From: Dermatophilaceae bacterium
Lineage (GTDB): Bacteria; Actinomycetota; Actinomycetes; Actinomycetales; Dermatophilaceae
Direction of reading: 5' to 3'
Length of the DNA stretch: 64,000 nucleotides
NCBI GenBank assembly: GCA_037045055.1
Contig: JBAOHJ010000001.1
Coordinates: forward strand, 60,176 to 124,175
Each line of letters starts with the position of its first letter. Within the stretch, counting starts at the first letter, position 1. Position numbers and translations under genes: made by a program. Below are positions 49,197 to 57,846 of this stretch, in pieces. Under the pieces are notes generated by a model. It saw only the letters and a list, made by a program, of their open reading frames with translations, was not told the origin of the DNA and made no database searches.

Positions 49197-50806
49197 GAGG
49201 CGGGCTCCAGGGCGGCGCTCACGTCGGCGACCGTGAGCAGGGCCACCGGGTGCAGGATCTTGGCCACCTGCGGGGCGAACGCGGGCGACCCGGAGAGCAC
49301 CTCTCGGGTGGACCCGTCCGCGACCAACTCGCCCTCGGCGAGCACCATGACCCGATCGGTGGCCTCGGCGGCCAGCTCCACGTCGTGGGTCGCCAGCACG
49401 ACGGTGTGCCCCTGCGCGGCGAGCTCGCGCAGGACGCCCACCAGTCGGCGCTTGGCCGGGTAGTCCAGGCCGCGGGTGGGCTCGTCGAGCAGGATCACCC
49501 GGGGCCGGCCGGCCAGCACGACCGCCAGGGCCAGGGCCAGGCGCTGGCCCTCCGACAGGTCCCGCGGATGCGCGGTGTCCTGGACCGCCCCGCCGATCCG
49601 GGCCAGCAGCCCGCGGGTCCGCCCGGCAGGGGCGGCGAAGTCGAGGTCGGCCGCCCGGCACTCGGCCTGGACCGAGTCGGCATAGAGCAGCAGGCCGGGA
49701 TCCTGGGGGACCAGCCCCACCCGCCGGACCCGCTCCCGGGACCGCAGCTCGGCCGGCGGCACCCCGCCGATGTCCACCCGGCCCAGCGTCGGGGTCAGCG
49801 CCCCGGCCAGCGCGGCCAGCAGGGTGGACTTGCCCGCCCCGTTGCGGCCCATCACCGCGGTGACGGTGCCGGCATACAGGTCCGTGGTGACCTCCCGCAG
49901 GGCGCTGACCGCGCCCCGGCGCACGGTGAGCCGCCGGGCCGACGCGGAGGGTTCGGTGGGGGGGGTGCGCGCCGGCGTCGTCGGGGCCGGCAGCGCGTCG
50001 AGGCGCCGGCGCAGGGGGGCGGCCAGCCGACGGGCCTCGCGCACCGACAAGGGCAGCGGTGCCCAGCCGAGCATCCGGCCCAGCTCGACGATGGGGGGGT
50101 GCACGGGGGAGGTGACCATGGCGTCGGCGGGGCGCAGCAGGTCCGAGACGCGTCCGTCGTCGACGACGACGACCCGGTCGGCGTGGTGGACGACGCGTTC
50201 CAGGCGGTGCTCGGCGAGCACCACGGTGTAGCCCAGGTCGTGGACGAGCCTGGCCAGCGTGGCGAGGACCTCCTCGGCGGCCACCGGGTCCAGCGCCGAG
50301 GTCGGCTCGTCGAGGACGAGGACCCGTGGTCCGGCGGCCAGGACCGCCCCGATCGCCACCCGCTGCTGCTGGCCGCCGGAGAGCCGGGCCAGCGGTCGGT
50401 CGCGCAGGTCGGCCAGGCCGACCAGGTCGAGGGTCTCCTCCAGGCGCCGGCGTATCGCCGCCGGTGGGGTCCCGAGGGTCTCCATGCCGTAGGCGATCTC
50501 GTCCTCGACGGAGTCGGTGACGAACGAGGCCGCCGGGTCCTGCCCGACGTAGCCGACGAGGTCGGCCAGGTCTCGCGGTCGGTGCTCGCGGGTGTCGCGC
50601 CCGGCGACGCGGACCCGCCCGCCGAGCACGCCCCCGGAGAAGTGCGGCACCAGCCCGTTGAGGCAGCCCAGCAGGGTGGACTTGCCGGACCCGGTGGGGC
50701 CGACGACGAGCACGAGCTCGCCCTCGTCGACGTGCATGCTCACCCCGGCCAGCGTCGGGCGGACGGCCTCGGGGTAGGTCACCGACACCTCGCGCAGGTC
50801 GATCAT
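49193..50806 (-). CDS. Fused duplicated ABC ATPase (ECF A/A' type)
   Basis: Two Walker A motifs (GPTGSGKST, GRNGAGKST), two signature motifs (LSGGQQQR, LSEGQRLA) and two Walker B motifs (LVLDEPTS, ILLDEPTR). The ATG at 50804-50806 overlaps the upstream stop (ATGA). Confidence 0.87.
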   Translation of the reverse strand: MIDLREVSVTYPEAVRPTLAGVSMHVDEGELVLVVGPTGSGKSTLLGCLNGLVPHFSGGVLGGRVRVAGRDTREHRPRDLADLVGYVGQDPAASFVTDSVEDEIAYGMETLGTPPAAIRRRLEETLDLVGLADLRDRPLARLSGGQQQRVAIGAVLAAGPRVLVLDEPTSALDPVAAEEVLATLARLVHDLGYTVVLAEHRLERVVHHADRVVVVDDGRVSDLLRPADAMVTSPVHPPIVELGRMLGWAPLPLSVREARRLAAPLRRRLDALPAPTTPARTPPTEPSASARRLTVRRGAVSALREVTTDLYAGTVTAVMGRNGAGKSTLLAALAGALTPTLGRVDIGGVPPAELRSRERVRRVGLVPQDPGLLLYADSVQAECRAADLDFAAPAGRTRGLLARIGGAVQDTAHPRDLSEGQRLALALAVVLAGRPRVILLDEPTRGLDYPAKRRLVGVLRELAAQGHTVVLATHDVELAAEATDRVMVLAEGELVADGSTREVLSGSPAFAPQVAKILHPVALLTVADVSAALEPAS

Positions 50807-51951
50807 GTGGCCACCGCCTCGGCGGGAGTGGCCCGCTCGGTCCGGGCTGTGGCCCGGGCGCGGGCCACCCCGGGCGGCACCGGCGTGAGCGCCCCCGCGA
50901 GGGCCGCGGCGGCGATGGCCAGCAGCGGGGCCGGCGGCAGGCCGGGCGCTTGGAGAGGCACCTGAGCGAGGTGGACGCCGTCCCAGCCGCGCGCGTCGGC
51001 CACGACGAGCACGCCCGCGGCGAGGACCCCGAGACCGCACACCAGCCACTCCGGCCGGGCCCAGGGGTCGCGCCGGTATGCCGTGCGTGCGTCGCCCCGG
51101 GAGCCCAGCACGAGGGCCAGGGCCGCGACGAGCGAGCCGGCGGCGAGCATCGGCAGCCCGAGCCACCCCCCGGCGGCCGGGCCCAGGACTCCGTACAGGC
51201 CGCCGAGGATGCCGGCCCCGCCGAGCAAGGCCAGGACGCTGCCGACGGTCCGGGCGCGGGGGCCGCGCACCGGGGTGCGTCCGTAGCCGCGCGACTCCAT
51301 CGACGCGGCCAGGTGCAGCGAGCGCTCCAACGACCCCTCCAGCACCGGGACGGCCAGGCGGGCCAGCTCGCGCAGCCCCCGGCCGTCGTGGCCGCGCAAC
51401 CGCCGGGCGGCCCGCACCCGGCCGGCGTGCTCGGCCATCTGGGGGGCGTAGGTGAGCGCGACGACGACGGCCGTGCCGACGTCGTAGAGCGTCGCCGGGG
51501 CGTGGCGAAGCAGCCGGCGCGGGCTGGCCAGGGCGTTGGCCGCGCCGAAGCAGGCGAGCGTGGCGCCCAGGCGGGCGCCCTCCACGGCCGCGGCGGCGAC
51601 GCCCTCGAGCGTCACCGGGCCGCCGAGGCGGACCCCGGCGGCCCAGGCCGGCAGGTGCAGCTGCGGCAGTCGCACCAGCACGACCTCGCCGTCGATGCCG
51701 TTGCCCAGCACGACGGTGAGCACCACCCGCAGGCCGATCGCCAGCGCGCCGACGAGCAGGAACGGGGCCAGGACGCCGGGCGTGCCGACCTCCTGGCGCT
51801 GCAGGACCACCCACACCGTGACCCCGACGACCAGGGCGAGCAGGACCGGGTTGGTGGTGTGCGCGGCGGCAGTGGCCAGGCCCAACCCCCAGACCCACCA
51901 GGCCACCGGGTGCAGCACTCGGTGACCGGATCGGTGCGTGGGGGTGCGCAT
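50803..51951 (-). CDS. ECF-transporter transmembrane (T, CbiQ/EcfT-like) component with a C-terminal membrane extension
   Basis: CbiQ-type motifs (RVRAARRLRG and AASMESRGYG). 382 aa from MRTPTHRSG. The rest of ORF 50803..55143 is artefact. Confidence 0.72.
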   Translation of the reverse strand: MRTPTHRSGHRVLHPVAWWVWGLGLATAAAHTTNPVLLALVVGVTVWVVLQRQEVGTPGVLAPFLLVGALAIGLRVVLTVVLGNGIDGEVVLVRLPQLHLPAWAAGVRLGGPVTLEGVAAAAVEGARLGATLACFGAANALASPRRLLRHAPATLYDVGTAVVVALTYAPQMAEHAGRVRAARRLRGHDGRGLRELARLAVPVLEGSLERSLHLAASMESRGYGRTPVRGPRARTVGSVLALLGGAGILGGLYGVLGPAAGGWLGLPMLAAGSLVAALALVLGSRGDARTAYRRDPWARPEWLVCGLGVLAAGVLVVADARGWDGVHLAQVPLQAPGLPPAPLLAIAAAALAGALTPVPPGVARARATARTERATPAEAVAT

Positions 51952-51962
51952 GAGGCCGGCGC

Positions 51963-52727
51963 TCAGGCGCCCAGGGCCCTGCGCCGCCGAGCGGCCAGCA
52001 CGATCAGCAGCACGAGCAGCACGGCGGCGACGGCCAACACGATCGGGCCGACCGGGCTCGTCGAGCTCGACGACGCGGCGGCGGTGGCGACGGCCGACGG
52101 GCTCGGTGTGGCGGCGGCCAGGGCGAGCGCGGTGTCGGGGGCCTTCTGGGCCTCGGTCAGCGTCGCCACTGCGCCGCCGCAGCCGCTGGCGGGGTAGCCG
52201 GAGATGGCGCAGACCAACCCCTTCTCGACACGGGCGTTGCCGGCGGCGGCGAGCACCTGCGAGCCGGTGGCGGCGGTGGGCACCGATACGCAGGTGCCGG
52301 TGGGTGCCGGTGGCGTCGCCGCGCTCTCGCCGTCCACGTCGCGTCCCGGGTCGACGACGACGCCGACCCGCTTGGCGCCCGCCTGCGCGGCGGTGGCGTC
52401 GCAGAGCTGCTCGAAGGTCGGCTTCACCCGGGGGGTGCGCGTGCCGCTGCCGTCGTCGACGGCGAACCGCCAACCTTCGACGGACCCGTCCGCCGGCACG
52501 GTCTGGGCGGGACCCGCCTGGGCGTACGTCCAGGCGCCGGAGGTCAGCTGCCAGTACCCCCAGTACCGGTAGGTATCGGCCCGGGCGCCCAGGGCCGGCC
52601 CGAGCAGGGCGGCCACCAGGGCCAGCAGCAGGGTGAGGGCGACCCGGGCGCGCAGGGCCGCTCGGGCGCGCAGGGCCGATCGGGCGCGCAGGACCGGTCG
52701 AGGGGGGGTGGACGAGATGGGGCTCAT
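51963..52727 (-). CDS. Secreted, C-terminally anchored protein (SCO2322-family-like)
   Basis: Signal peptide (LTLLLALVAALLGPALGARA), conserved-looking YRYWGYWQ and GWRF segments, four Cys, and a C-terminal TM plus RRRR anchor. It is the first gene after the riboswitch. Confidence 0.55.
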   Translation of the reverse strand: MSPISSTPPRPVLRARSALRARAALRARVALTLLLALVAALLGPALGARADTYRYWGYWQLTSGAWTYAQAGPAQTVPADGSVEGWRFAVDDGSGTRTPRVKPTFEQLCDATAAQAGAKRVGVVVDPGRDVDGESAATPPAPTGTCVSVPTAATGSQVLAAAGNARVEKGLVCAISGYPASGCGGAVATLTEAQKAPDTALALAAATPSPSAVATAAASSSSTSPVGPIVLAVAAVLLVLLIVLAARRRRALGA

Positions 52728-52730
52728 GCT

Positions 52731-52960
52731 GTGAGGACCTCCTCACGGCCGGGGTGGGAGGCCTCGGGCGACCAGCCCGACGACTCGCTCCGGTCCGCAT
52801 TCCGCGACGGACAGTGCTGTGGAGCCGACACCGCCGCGGGTGTTCCGGCTCCCCTGCCTCGGCAGGGTCACGGTTGCGGGACAGCGCCGGAGTTGCACCG
52901 GCTTCCCCCGTGGACGGGTCTCGGTGCCGTGACGGTCCCACGGGAGCGGGGCCGGTGTCA
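52731..52960 (-). promoter_or_regulatory. Cobalamin (B12) riboswitch with an SD-sequestering hairpin
   Basis: The minus strand reads GGGAAGCCGGTGCAACTCCGGCGCTGTCCCGCAACCGTGA (core, 52868-52907), followed by the B12-box-like GAGCCGGAACACCCGC. The hairpin GTGAGG-aggt-CCTCAC (52731-52746) buries the GAGGAGG Shine-Dalgarno just before ATG 52727. Confidence 0.8.
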
Positions 52961-52997
52961 AAGCGACGGCGAGGGCGCCCGGCTAGGGTGGGCGTCC

Positions 52998-53207
52998 ATG
53001 GCGAACGAGTGGCACTGGGCGCTGGTGGGTCGGGACGGCGGCCCGGCGGCGCAAGGCGAGCTGTTGCGCTTCCCCACCCAGTCGGAGGCCGAGAGCTGGC
53101 TCGGCGAGGAGTGGCCGGTGCTGGTGGAGGCGGGGGTCGAGTCGGTCTCGCTCTACGAGGGCGACACCCTGGTCTACGCAGGCATGAGCCTGCGTCCGCG
53201 GGACTGA
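52998..53207 (+). CDS. Small hypothetical protein (69 aa)
   Basis: MANEWHWALVGRDGG... Strong GC3 bias. This is the tail of ORF 52731..53207. Confidence 0.5.
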   Translation: MANEWHWALVGRDGGPAAQGELLRFPTQSEAESWLGEEWPVLVEAGVESVSLYEGDTLVYAGMSLRPRD

Positions 53208-53219
53208 CGCCCGGGCTCG

Positions 53220-53792
53220 CTACGAGGGCCACTGCCCCCGGGGGACCACGGCCCGGGGCAGGCGCCAGCGGCGCACCTGGAAGGCGCGCATCACGGCATA
53301 CATGGTCAGGCCCTTGACCTCGGCGGCCCCGAACTTGGCCACCAGCCGGTGCTTGAGCCGCCGCCACATCAGGGCGCTGTCGCCGATGGCCAGCAGCAGC
53401 AGGCCGTAGACCCCGACGAAGACGGCTGTCTGGGCCCACACCTCGCGGACCAGGGACAACAGCAGGACGATCAACATCACCGGGAGCATGATCTCGCCGA
53501 TGCTGAACCGGGCGTCGACGTAGTCGCGCACGTATCGCTTCACCGGCCCCTTGTCGCGCTGCGGCAGGCCGGACTCGTCGCCGGTCATCATCGCGGTGCG
53601 CTGCCTGGCCAACGCCTCGCGGCGCTTGAGCTTGTCGGACCGTGCGGCGGCCTTGCGGTCGACGGGCACCAGGGGCCGGCGGTTGGCGGCCTCCTGGTCG
53701 CGACGCCTGGGGGTGGGCCGGTTCTTCGCCCCGGGGCGGGGCGGGTGCACCGAGTCCGTAGGGGTCTGCTCCGCCTTCTTGCGCCACAACAC
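53220..53792 (-). CDS. DUF3043-family membrane protein
   Basis: Basic N-terminus (KNRPTPRRRDQEAANRRPL) followed by two TM helices. GTG start at 53790-53792. Confidence 0.7.
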   Translation of the reverse strand: MLWRKKAEQTPTDSVHPPRPGAKNRPTPRRRDQEAANRRPLVPVDRKAAARSDKLKRREALARQRTAMMTGDESGLPQRDKGPVKRYVRDYVDARFSIGEIMLPVMLIVLLLSLVREVWAQTAVFVGVYGLLLLAIGDSALMWRRLKHRLVAKFGAAEVKGLTMYAVMRAFQVRRWRLPRAVVPRGQWPS

Positions 53793-53801
53793 GCAGGACA
53801 G

Positions 53802-53845
53802 GGTATGCCGTCCCGGCACCGTTGCGTGCCTCGCGGCGGCATACC
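53802..53845. repeat. 9-bp perfect inverted repeat built from two octamer copies (GGTATGCCG, 26-nt spacer, CGGCATACC)
   Basis: Read directly in the 73-bp divergent spacer between the DUF3043 and M20 peptidase genes. Confidence 0.9.
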
Positions 53846-53865
53846 GGGTCGGTAGTCTCGCCGTC

Positions 53866-55245
53866 GTGACCGACACCTTCCCCGCTGCGCAGGTCGAGGC
53901 GATCCGCGCCCGCGTGCTCGAGCTGCTGCCGGCCCTGCGCGCCGACCTGGAGCGGCTCGTGCGGATCCCGAGCGTCTCGCTGCAGTCGCTGGACGGCTAC
54001 GACCAGAGGCACGTCGAGGCCAGCGCCGCGGCGGTGGCCGCGCTGCTGCGCGCCGAGGGCCTGACCGTCGAGACCGTCCGCGAGGGTGGGCAGCCCGCCG
54101 TCATCGGGCATCGTCCGGGCCCCCCTGGGGCGCCGACCGTGCTGCTCTACGCCCACCACGACGTCCAACCGCCCGGCGACCCGGCGACCTGGACGAGCCC
54201 GGCGTGGGAGCCGACCGAGCGCGCCGGGCGGCTGTACGGGCGGGGTGCGGCCGACGACAAGGCCGGGATCACCGCCCACCTGGCCGCGCTGCGGGCGCAC
54301 GGCGATGCCCTGCCGGTGGGGGTGACGGTGTTCGTCGAGGGTGAGGAGGAGGTCGGGTCGGAGTCGCTGCCGGCCATCCTGGCCCGGCATGGCCAGCGGC
54401 TGCGCGCCGACGCGATCGTGTTGGCCGACAGCGGCAACTGGGAGGTTGGGCAGCCGGCGCTGACCACGACCCTGCGCGGGTTGGTCCGGGCGGTGGTCAC
54501 CGTGCGCACCCTCGATCACGCCCTGCACTCGGGCATGTTCGGCGGGCCGGTGCCCGACGCGCTCACCGTGCTGGTGCGGCTGCTGGCCAGCCTGCACGAC
54601 GAGCGCGGCGACGTCGCGGTGGCGGGGCTGCAGGCCGGCGTGGCCAGCGAGCTGCCCTTCGACGAGGCCCGGCTGCGCGCCGAGTCCGGGCTGCTGGACC
54701 AGGTGCAGCTCACCGGGTCGGGCTCGCTGCTGTCGCGACTGTGGACCCGTCCCGCGCTCAGCGTCATCGGCATCGATGCCCCGACGGTGGCCAACGCGTC
54801 CAACGCGCTGCTGCCGGTCGCCTCGGCCAAGGTGTCGATGCGCCTGGCGCCGAGCGAGGACCCGGCCACCGCGTATGCCGCGCTCGCCGAGCATCTGCGC
54901 GGCCACGTCGAGTGGGGCGCGCAGGTCGAGGTGTCGCTGGCCGACGACGGTGCCGGCTTCGCCGCCGACACCACCGGGCCGATCTACGACCAGGCGCGCG
55001 CGGCACTGGCCGACGCCTGGGGGGTGGCGCCGGTGCACATGGGGGTGGGCGGGTCGATCCCGTTCGTGGCGGCCTTCGCGCGGCGTTTCCCCGAGGCGGC
55101 CATCCTCGTCACCGGGGTGGAGGACCCGGACAGCCGGGCCCACGGCGCCGACGAGTCGCTGGATCTGGGGGAGTGGGAGCGGGCGTGCGTCGCCGAGGCC
55201 GTGCTGCTGGCCCGGTTGGGCCGGTTGGGCCGGTTGGGCCGGTAA
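53866..55245 (+). CDS. M20-family dipeptidase
   Basis: LLYAHHDVQPPG, RGAADDKAG and VEGEEEVGS metal/catalytic motifs. GTG start at 53866. Confidence 0.85.
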   Translation: MTDTFPAAQVEAIRARVLELLPALRADLERLVRIPSVSLQSLDGYDQRHVEASAAAVAALLRAEGLTVETVREGGQPAVIGHRPGPPGAPTVLLYAHHDVQPPGDPATWTSPAWEPTERAGRLYGRGAADDKAGITAHLAALRAHGDALPVGVTVFVEGEEEVGSESLPAILARHGQRLRADAIVLADSGNWEVGQPALTTTLRGLVRAVVTVRTLDHALHSGMFGGPVPDALTVLVRLLASLHDERGDVAVAGLQAGVASELPFDEARLRAESGLLDQVQLTGSGSLLSRLWTRPALSVIGIDAPTVANASNALLPVASAKVSMRLAPSEDPATAYAALAEHLRGHVEWGAQVEVSLADDGAGFAADTTGPIYDQARAALADAWGVAPVHMGVGGSIPFVAAFARRFPEAAILVTGVEDPDSRAHGADESLDLGEWERACVAEAVLLARLGRLGRLGR

Positions 55246-55264
55246 GGCCGGTAAGGCCGGTTGG
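55211..55264. repeat. Six tandem 9-bp units (GCCGGTTGG, with variant GCCGGTAAG)
   Basis: They encode the LGRLGRLGR C-terminus of the M20 peptidase. The TAA stop (55243-55245) is created by the variant unit. The repeats continue past the stop. Confidence 0.85.
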
Positions 55265-55311
55265 GACGAGAGACGGTACCCGGCCGGCGCTGCCCGGCCC
55301 GGGGCGGGGCT

Positions 55312-56511
55312 TCAGTCCCGGTGGGTGGGGCCGGGCAGGGCGAGCATCCGGTCCAGGGCCACCTTGGCCCAGTGCGCCACCTCGGGGTCGACCCGGATCG
55401 GGTTGACCACCCGGCCCTCGAGTAGCGACTCCAGGGCGAAGACCAGGTGCGGCAGGTCGATGCGGTTCATCGTCGAGCAGTAGCAGACGTTCTTCTCCAG
55501 GAACGCGATCGACTGCCTCGGGAACATCTGCCCGAGCCGTTTGACGAGGTTGAGCTCGGTGCCGACCACCCAGCTCGTGCCGTCCGCGGCCTTGGCGACC
55601 GTCGCGATGATCTGCTCGGTCGAGCCGATCTCGTCGGCCAGCTCGCAGACCTCGTACCGGCACTCGGGGTGGACGATGACCCGCACCCCGGGGATTTCGC
55701 GCCGGGCGGTCTGCACCGCGTCGACGGTGAAACGCCCGTGCACCGAGCAGTGCCCCCGCCACAGGATCATCCGCGCCGCCTGCATCTGCTCGCGGGTCAG
55801 GCCACCCAGCGGCCGGTGCGGGTCGTAGACCACGCAGTCGTCCAGGGCCAGCCCGAGCTCGCGGACCGCGGTGTTGCGCCCGAGGTGCTGGTCGGGCAGG
55901 AAGAGGACCTTGCCGGGCCCGTCGACCCCCCCGGTCTGGTCGAACGCCCACCGCAGCGCGGTGTTCGCGTTGGAGGAGGTGCAGATGGTGCCGCCGTGGC
56001 GACCGGTGAAGGCCTTGATCGCGGCGGTGGAGTTCATGTAGGTCACCGGCACGGTGCCATCGGCCACGCCGGCCTCGGTGAGGTCGTCCCAGCAGTCCTC
56101 GACCTGGGCGGCCGCCGCCATGTCGGCCATCGAGCACCCGGCGGCCAGGTCGGGCAGGATCACGGTCTGCTCGTCGGAGGTGAGGATGTCCGCCGACTCG
56201 GCCATGAAGTGCACGCCGCAGAACACGATGTACGGCGCCTGGGGCCGGGCCGCCGCCTGCTGCGCGAGCTTGAACGAGTCGCCGGTGACGTCGGCGAACT
56301 CGATGACCTCGTCGCGCTGGTAGTGGTGCCCGAGGACGAACACCTGCTCGCCCAGCGCCGCCTTGGCCGCGCGGGCCCGGTGCACCAGGTCGGGGTCCGA
56401 CGGTGCGGGCAGGTCGCCCGGGCACTCCACCCCGCGCTCGCTGGCCAGGTCGCGCCCGTGCCCGAGCACGAGCAGCGGCAACGGGGTGTGCGCGGGAGCG
56501 TCGGTGGTCAC
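55312..56511 (-). CDS. nadA: Quinolinate synthase
   Basis: FCGVHFMAESADIL, YMNSTAAIKA, CSVHGRF and YCSTMNRI cluster/active-site regions. GTG start at 56509-56511. Confidence 0.9.
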   Translation of the reverse strand: MTTDAPAHTPLPLLVLGHGRDLASERGVECPGDLPAPSDPDLVHRARAAKAALGEQVFVLGHHYQRDEVIEFADVTGDSFKLAQQAAARPQAPYIVFCGVHFMAESADILTSDEQTVILPDLAAGCSMADMAAAAQVEDCWDDLTEAGVADGTVPVTYMNSTAAIKAFTGRHGGTICTSSNANTALRWAFDQTGGVDGPGKVLFLPDQHLGRNTAVRELGLALDDCVVYDPHRPLGGLTREQMQAARMILWRGHCSVHGRFTVDAVQTARREIPGVRVIVHPECRYEVCELADEIGSTEQIIATVAKAADGTSWVVGTELNLVKRLGQMFPRQSIAFLEKNVCYCSTMNRIDLPHLVFALESLLEGRVVNPIRVDPEVAHWAKVALDRMLALPGPTHRD

Positions 56512-56572
56512 GCCGACAGGGTATGCCGTCGTCCGGACCCGGCAGGGCGCGGCGACGCGGCAGGATGCGGGT

Positions 56573-57736
56573 ATGCGCGTGCTCGTCGCCCCGGACTGCT
56601 TCACCGGCACCCTCAGTGCGCCGCAGGCGGCGCAGGCCATCGCCGCCGGGTGGGCCCGCGCCGCCCCGCACGACGAGCTGGTCCAGGTGCCCCTGTCCGA
56701 CGGCGGGCCGGGCTTCGTCGACGTGCTCGCCGCCAGCCTCGGCGGGGAGCACGTCGACGTCACGGTGGCCGACCCGCTGGGCCGGCCGACCCCCGCGACC
56801 TTCCTGCTCGGCCCAGGGCGGGCGGGGCCCACGGCATACCTGGAGTCGGCGGCCGCCTGCGGGCTGCACCTGCTGGCCGCGGTCGAGCGCGACCCGGGCC
56901 GCACGAGCAGCTACGGCGTCGGCCAGCTGCTCGCCGCGGCCCTCGACCGCGGCGCGGACCGAGTGGTCGTCGGCCTGGGCGGCAGCGGCACCAACGACGC
57001 CGGCGCCGGGCTGTTGGCCGCCCTCGGCGTCGGCTCGCCGGCGCGCCTGGCCCACGGCGGTATGCCGCTGACCGACGCCACCGATGCCGACCTCGACGGT
57101 CTCGAGGAGGTCATGGACCGCTGGCGCGGGGTCGACCTGCTGGCCGCCACCGACGTCGACAGCCCGCTGCTCGGCCCGCACGGCGCCAGCGCCGTCTTCG
57201 GCCCGCAGAAGGGCGCCACCCGCGAGCAGGTCGAGCGACTCGACGCGGCCCTGGCCAGGTTCGCCGATGTCGTCGAGGTCCGGCATCGGTCGCCGCGCGA
57301 CCTGCTCACCGGGCGGCCGCTGACCCGCGAGCGCCTGCCCGGGGCCGGTGCGGCCGGCGGCCTCGGTTACGCGCTGCTGCTGCTCGGTGGGCGACGGGTC
57401 AGCGGGGTGAGCGCCGTGCTCGAGGCGGTGGGCTTCGAGCAGTCGCTCACCCGGGCGGACCTGGTCGTCACGGGCGAGGGCAGTTTCGACGGGCAGAGCC
57501 TGCGCGGGAAGGTCGTCTGCGGGGTGGCCGCCGCGGCCGCCGCGCATGCGGTCCCCGTCGTCGTGGTGGCCGGGCAGGTGTCCCTCGGACGCCGGGAGGT
57601 CATGGCGGCGGGCATCCACGGCGCGTATGCCGTGGCGCAGCGGCCGGGGGACCTGCCCGCAGCGCTCGCCGACCCGGTCGGCACGCTGGCGGCCCGGGCC
57701 GAGCAGGTGGCCCGGACCTGGTCGCCGGTCCGGTGA
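56573..57736 (+). CDS. Glycerate kinase
   Basis: MRVLVAPDCFTGTLSA, LSDGGPGF, GLGGSGTNDAGAGLL and VTGEGSFDGQSLRGK. Confidence 0.85.
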   Translation: MRVLVAPDCFTGTLSAPQAAQAIAAGWARAAPHDELVQVPLSDGGPGFVDVLAASLGGEHVDVTVADPLGRPTPATFLLGPGRAGPTAYLESAAACGLHLLAAVERDPGRTSSYGVGQLLAAALDRGADRVVVGLGGSGTNDAGAGLLAALGVGSPARLAHGGMPLTDATDADLDGLEEVMDRWRGVDLLAATDVDSPLLGPHGASAVFGPQKGATREQVERLDAALARFADVVEVRHRSPRDLLTGRPLTRERLPGAGAAGGLGYALLLLGGRRVSGVSAVLEAVGFEQSLTRADLVVTGEGSFDGQSLRGKVVCGVAAAAAAHAVPVVVVAGQVSLGRREVMAAGIHGAYAVAQRPGDLPAALADPVGTLAARAEQVARTWSPVR

Positions 57737-57846
57737 CGGGTGGGGCCCCCGCCCGGTCGGTATCCTGGACGGGCAGGAACAACCGGCCGGCCCGCGCCGT
57801 TGACCTGCACGTCGACGCCCGCCCCGCACCCGTGACGAGGACCCTC

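Noticed and set aside
52956-52961. TTGACA -35 hexamer (minus strand) as the promoter of the riboswitch operon
   Set aside because: There is no acceptable -10 hexamer 16-19 nt downstream, so it was not called.
50803-55143. 1446-aa minus-strand ORF
   Set aside because: Only the last 382 codons (EcfT-like, 50803-51951) are credible. Upstream it crosses the SCO2322-like gene, the riboswitch and three genes on the opposite strand.
55211-55264. Possible CRISPR array or other spaced repeats (also at 28910-28965, 44629-44712 and 52645-52698)
   Set aside because: All are short tandem or closely spaced direct repeats without unique spacers of 25-40 bp, and there are no cas genes. They are explained as coding microsatellites or possible regulatory repeats.
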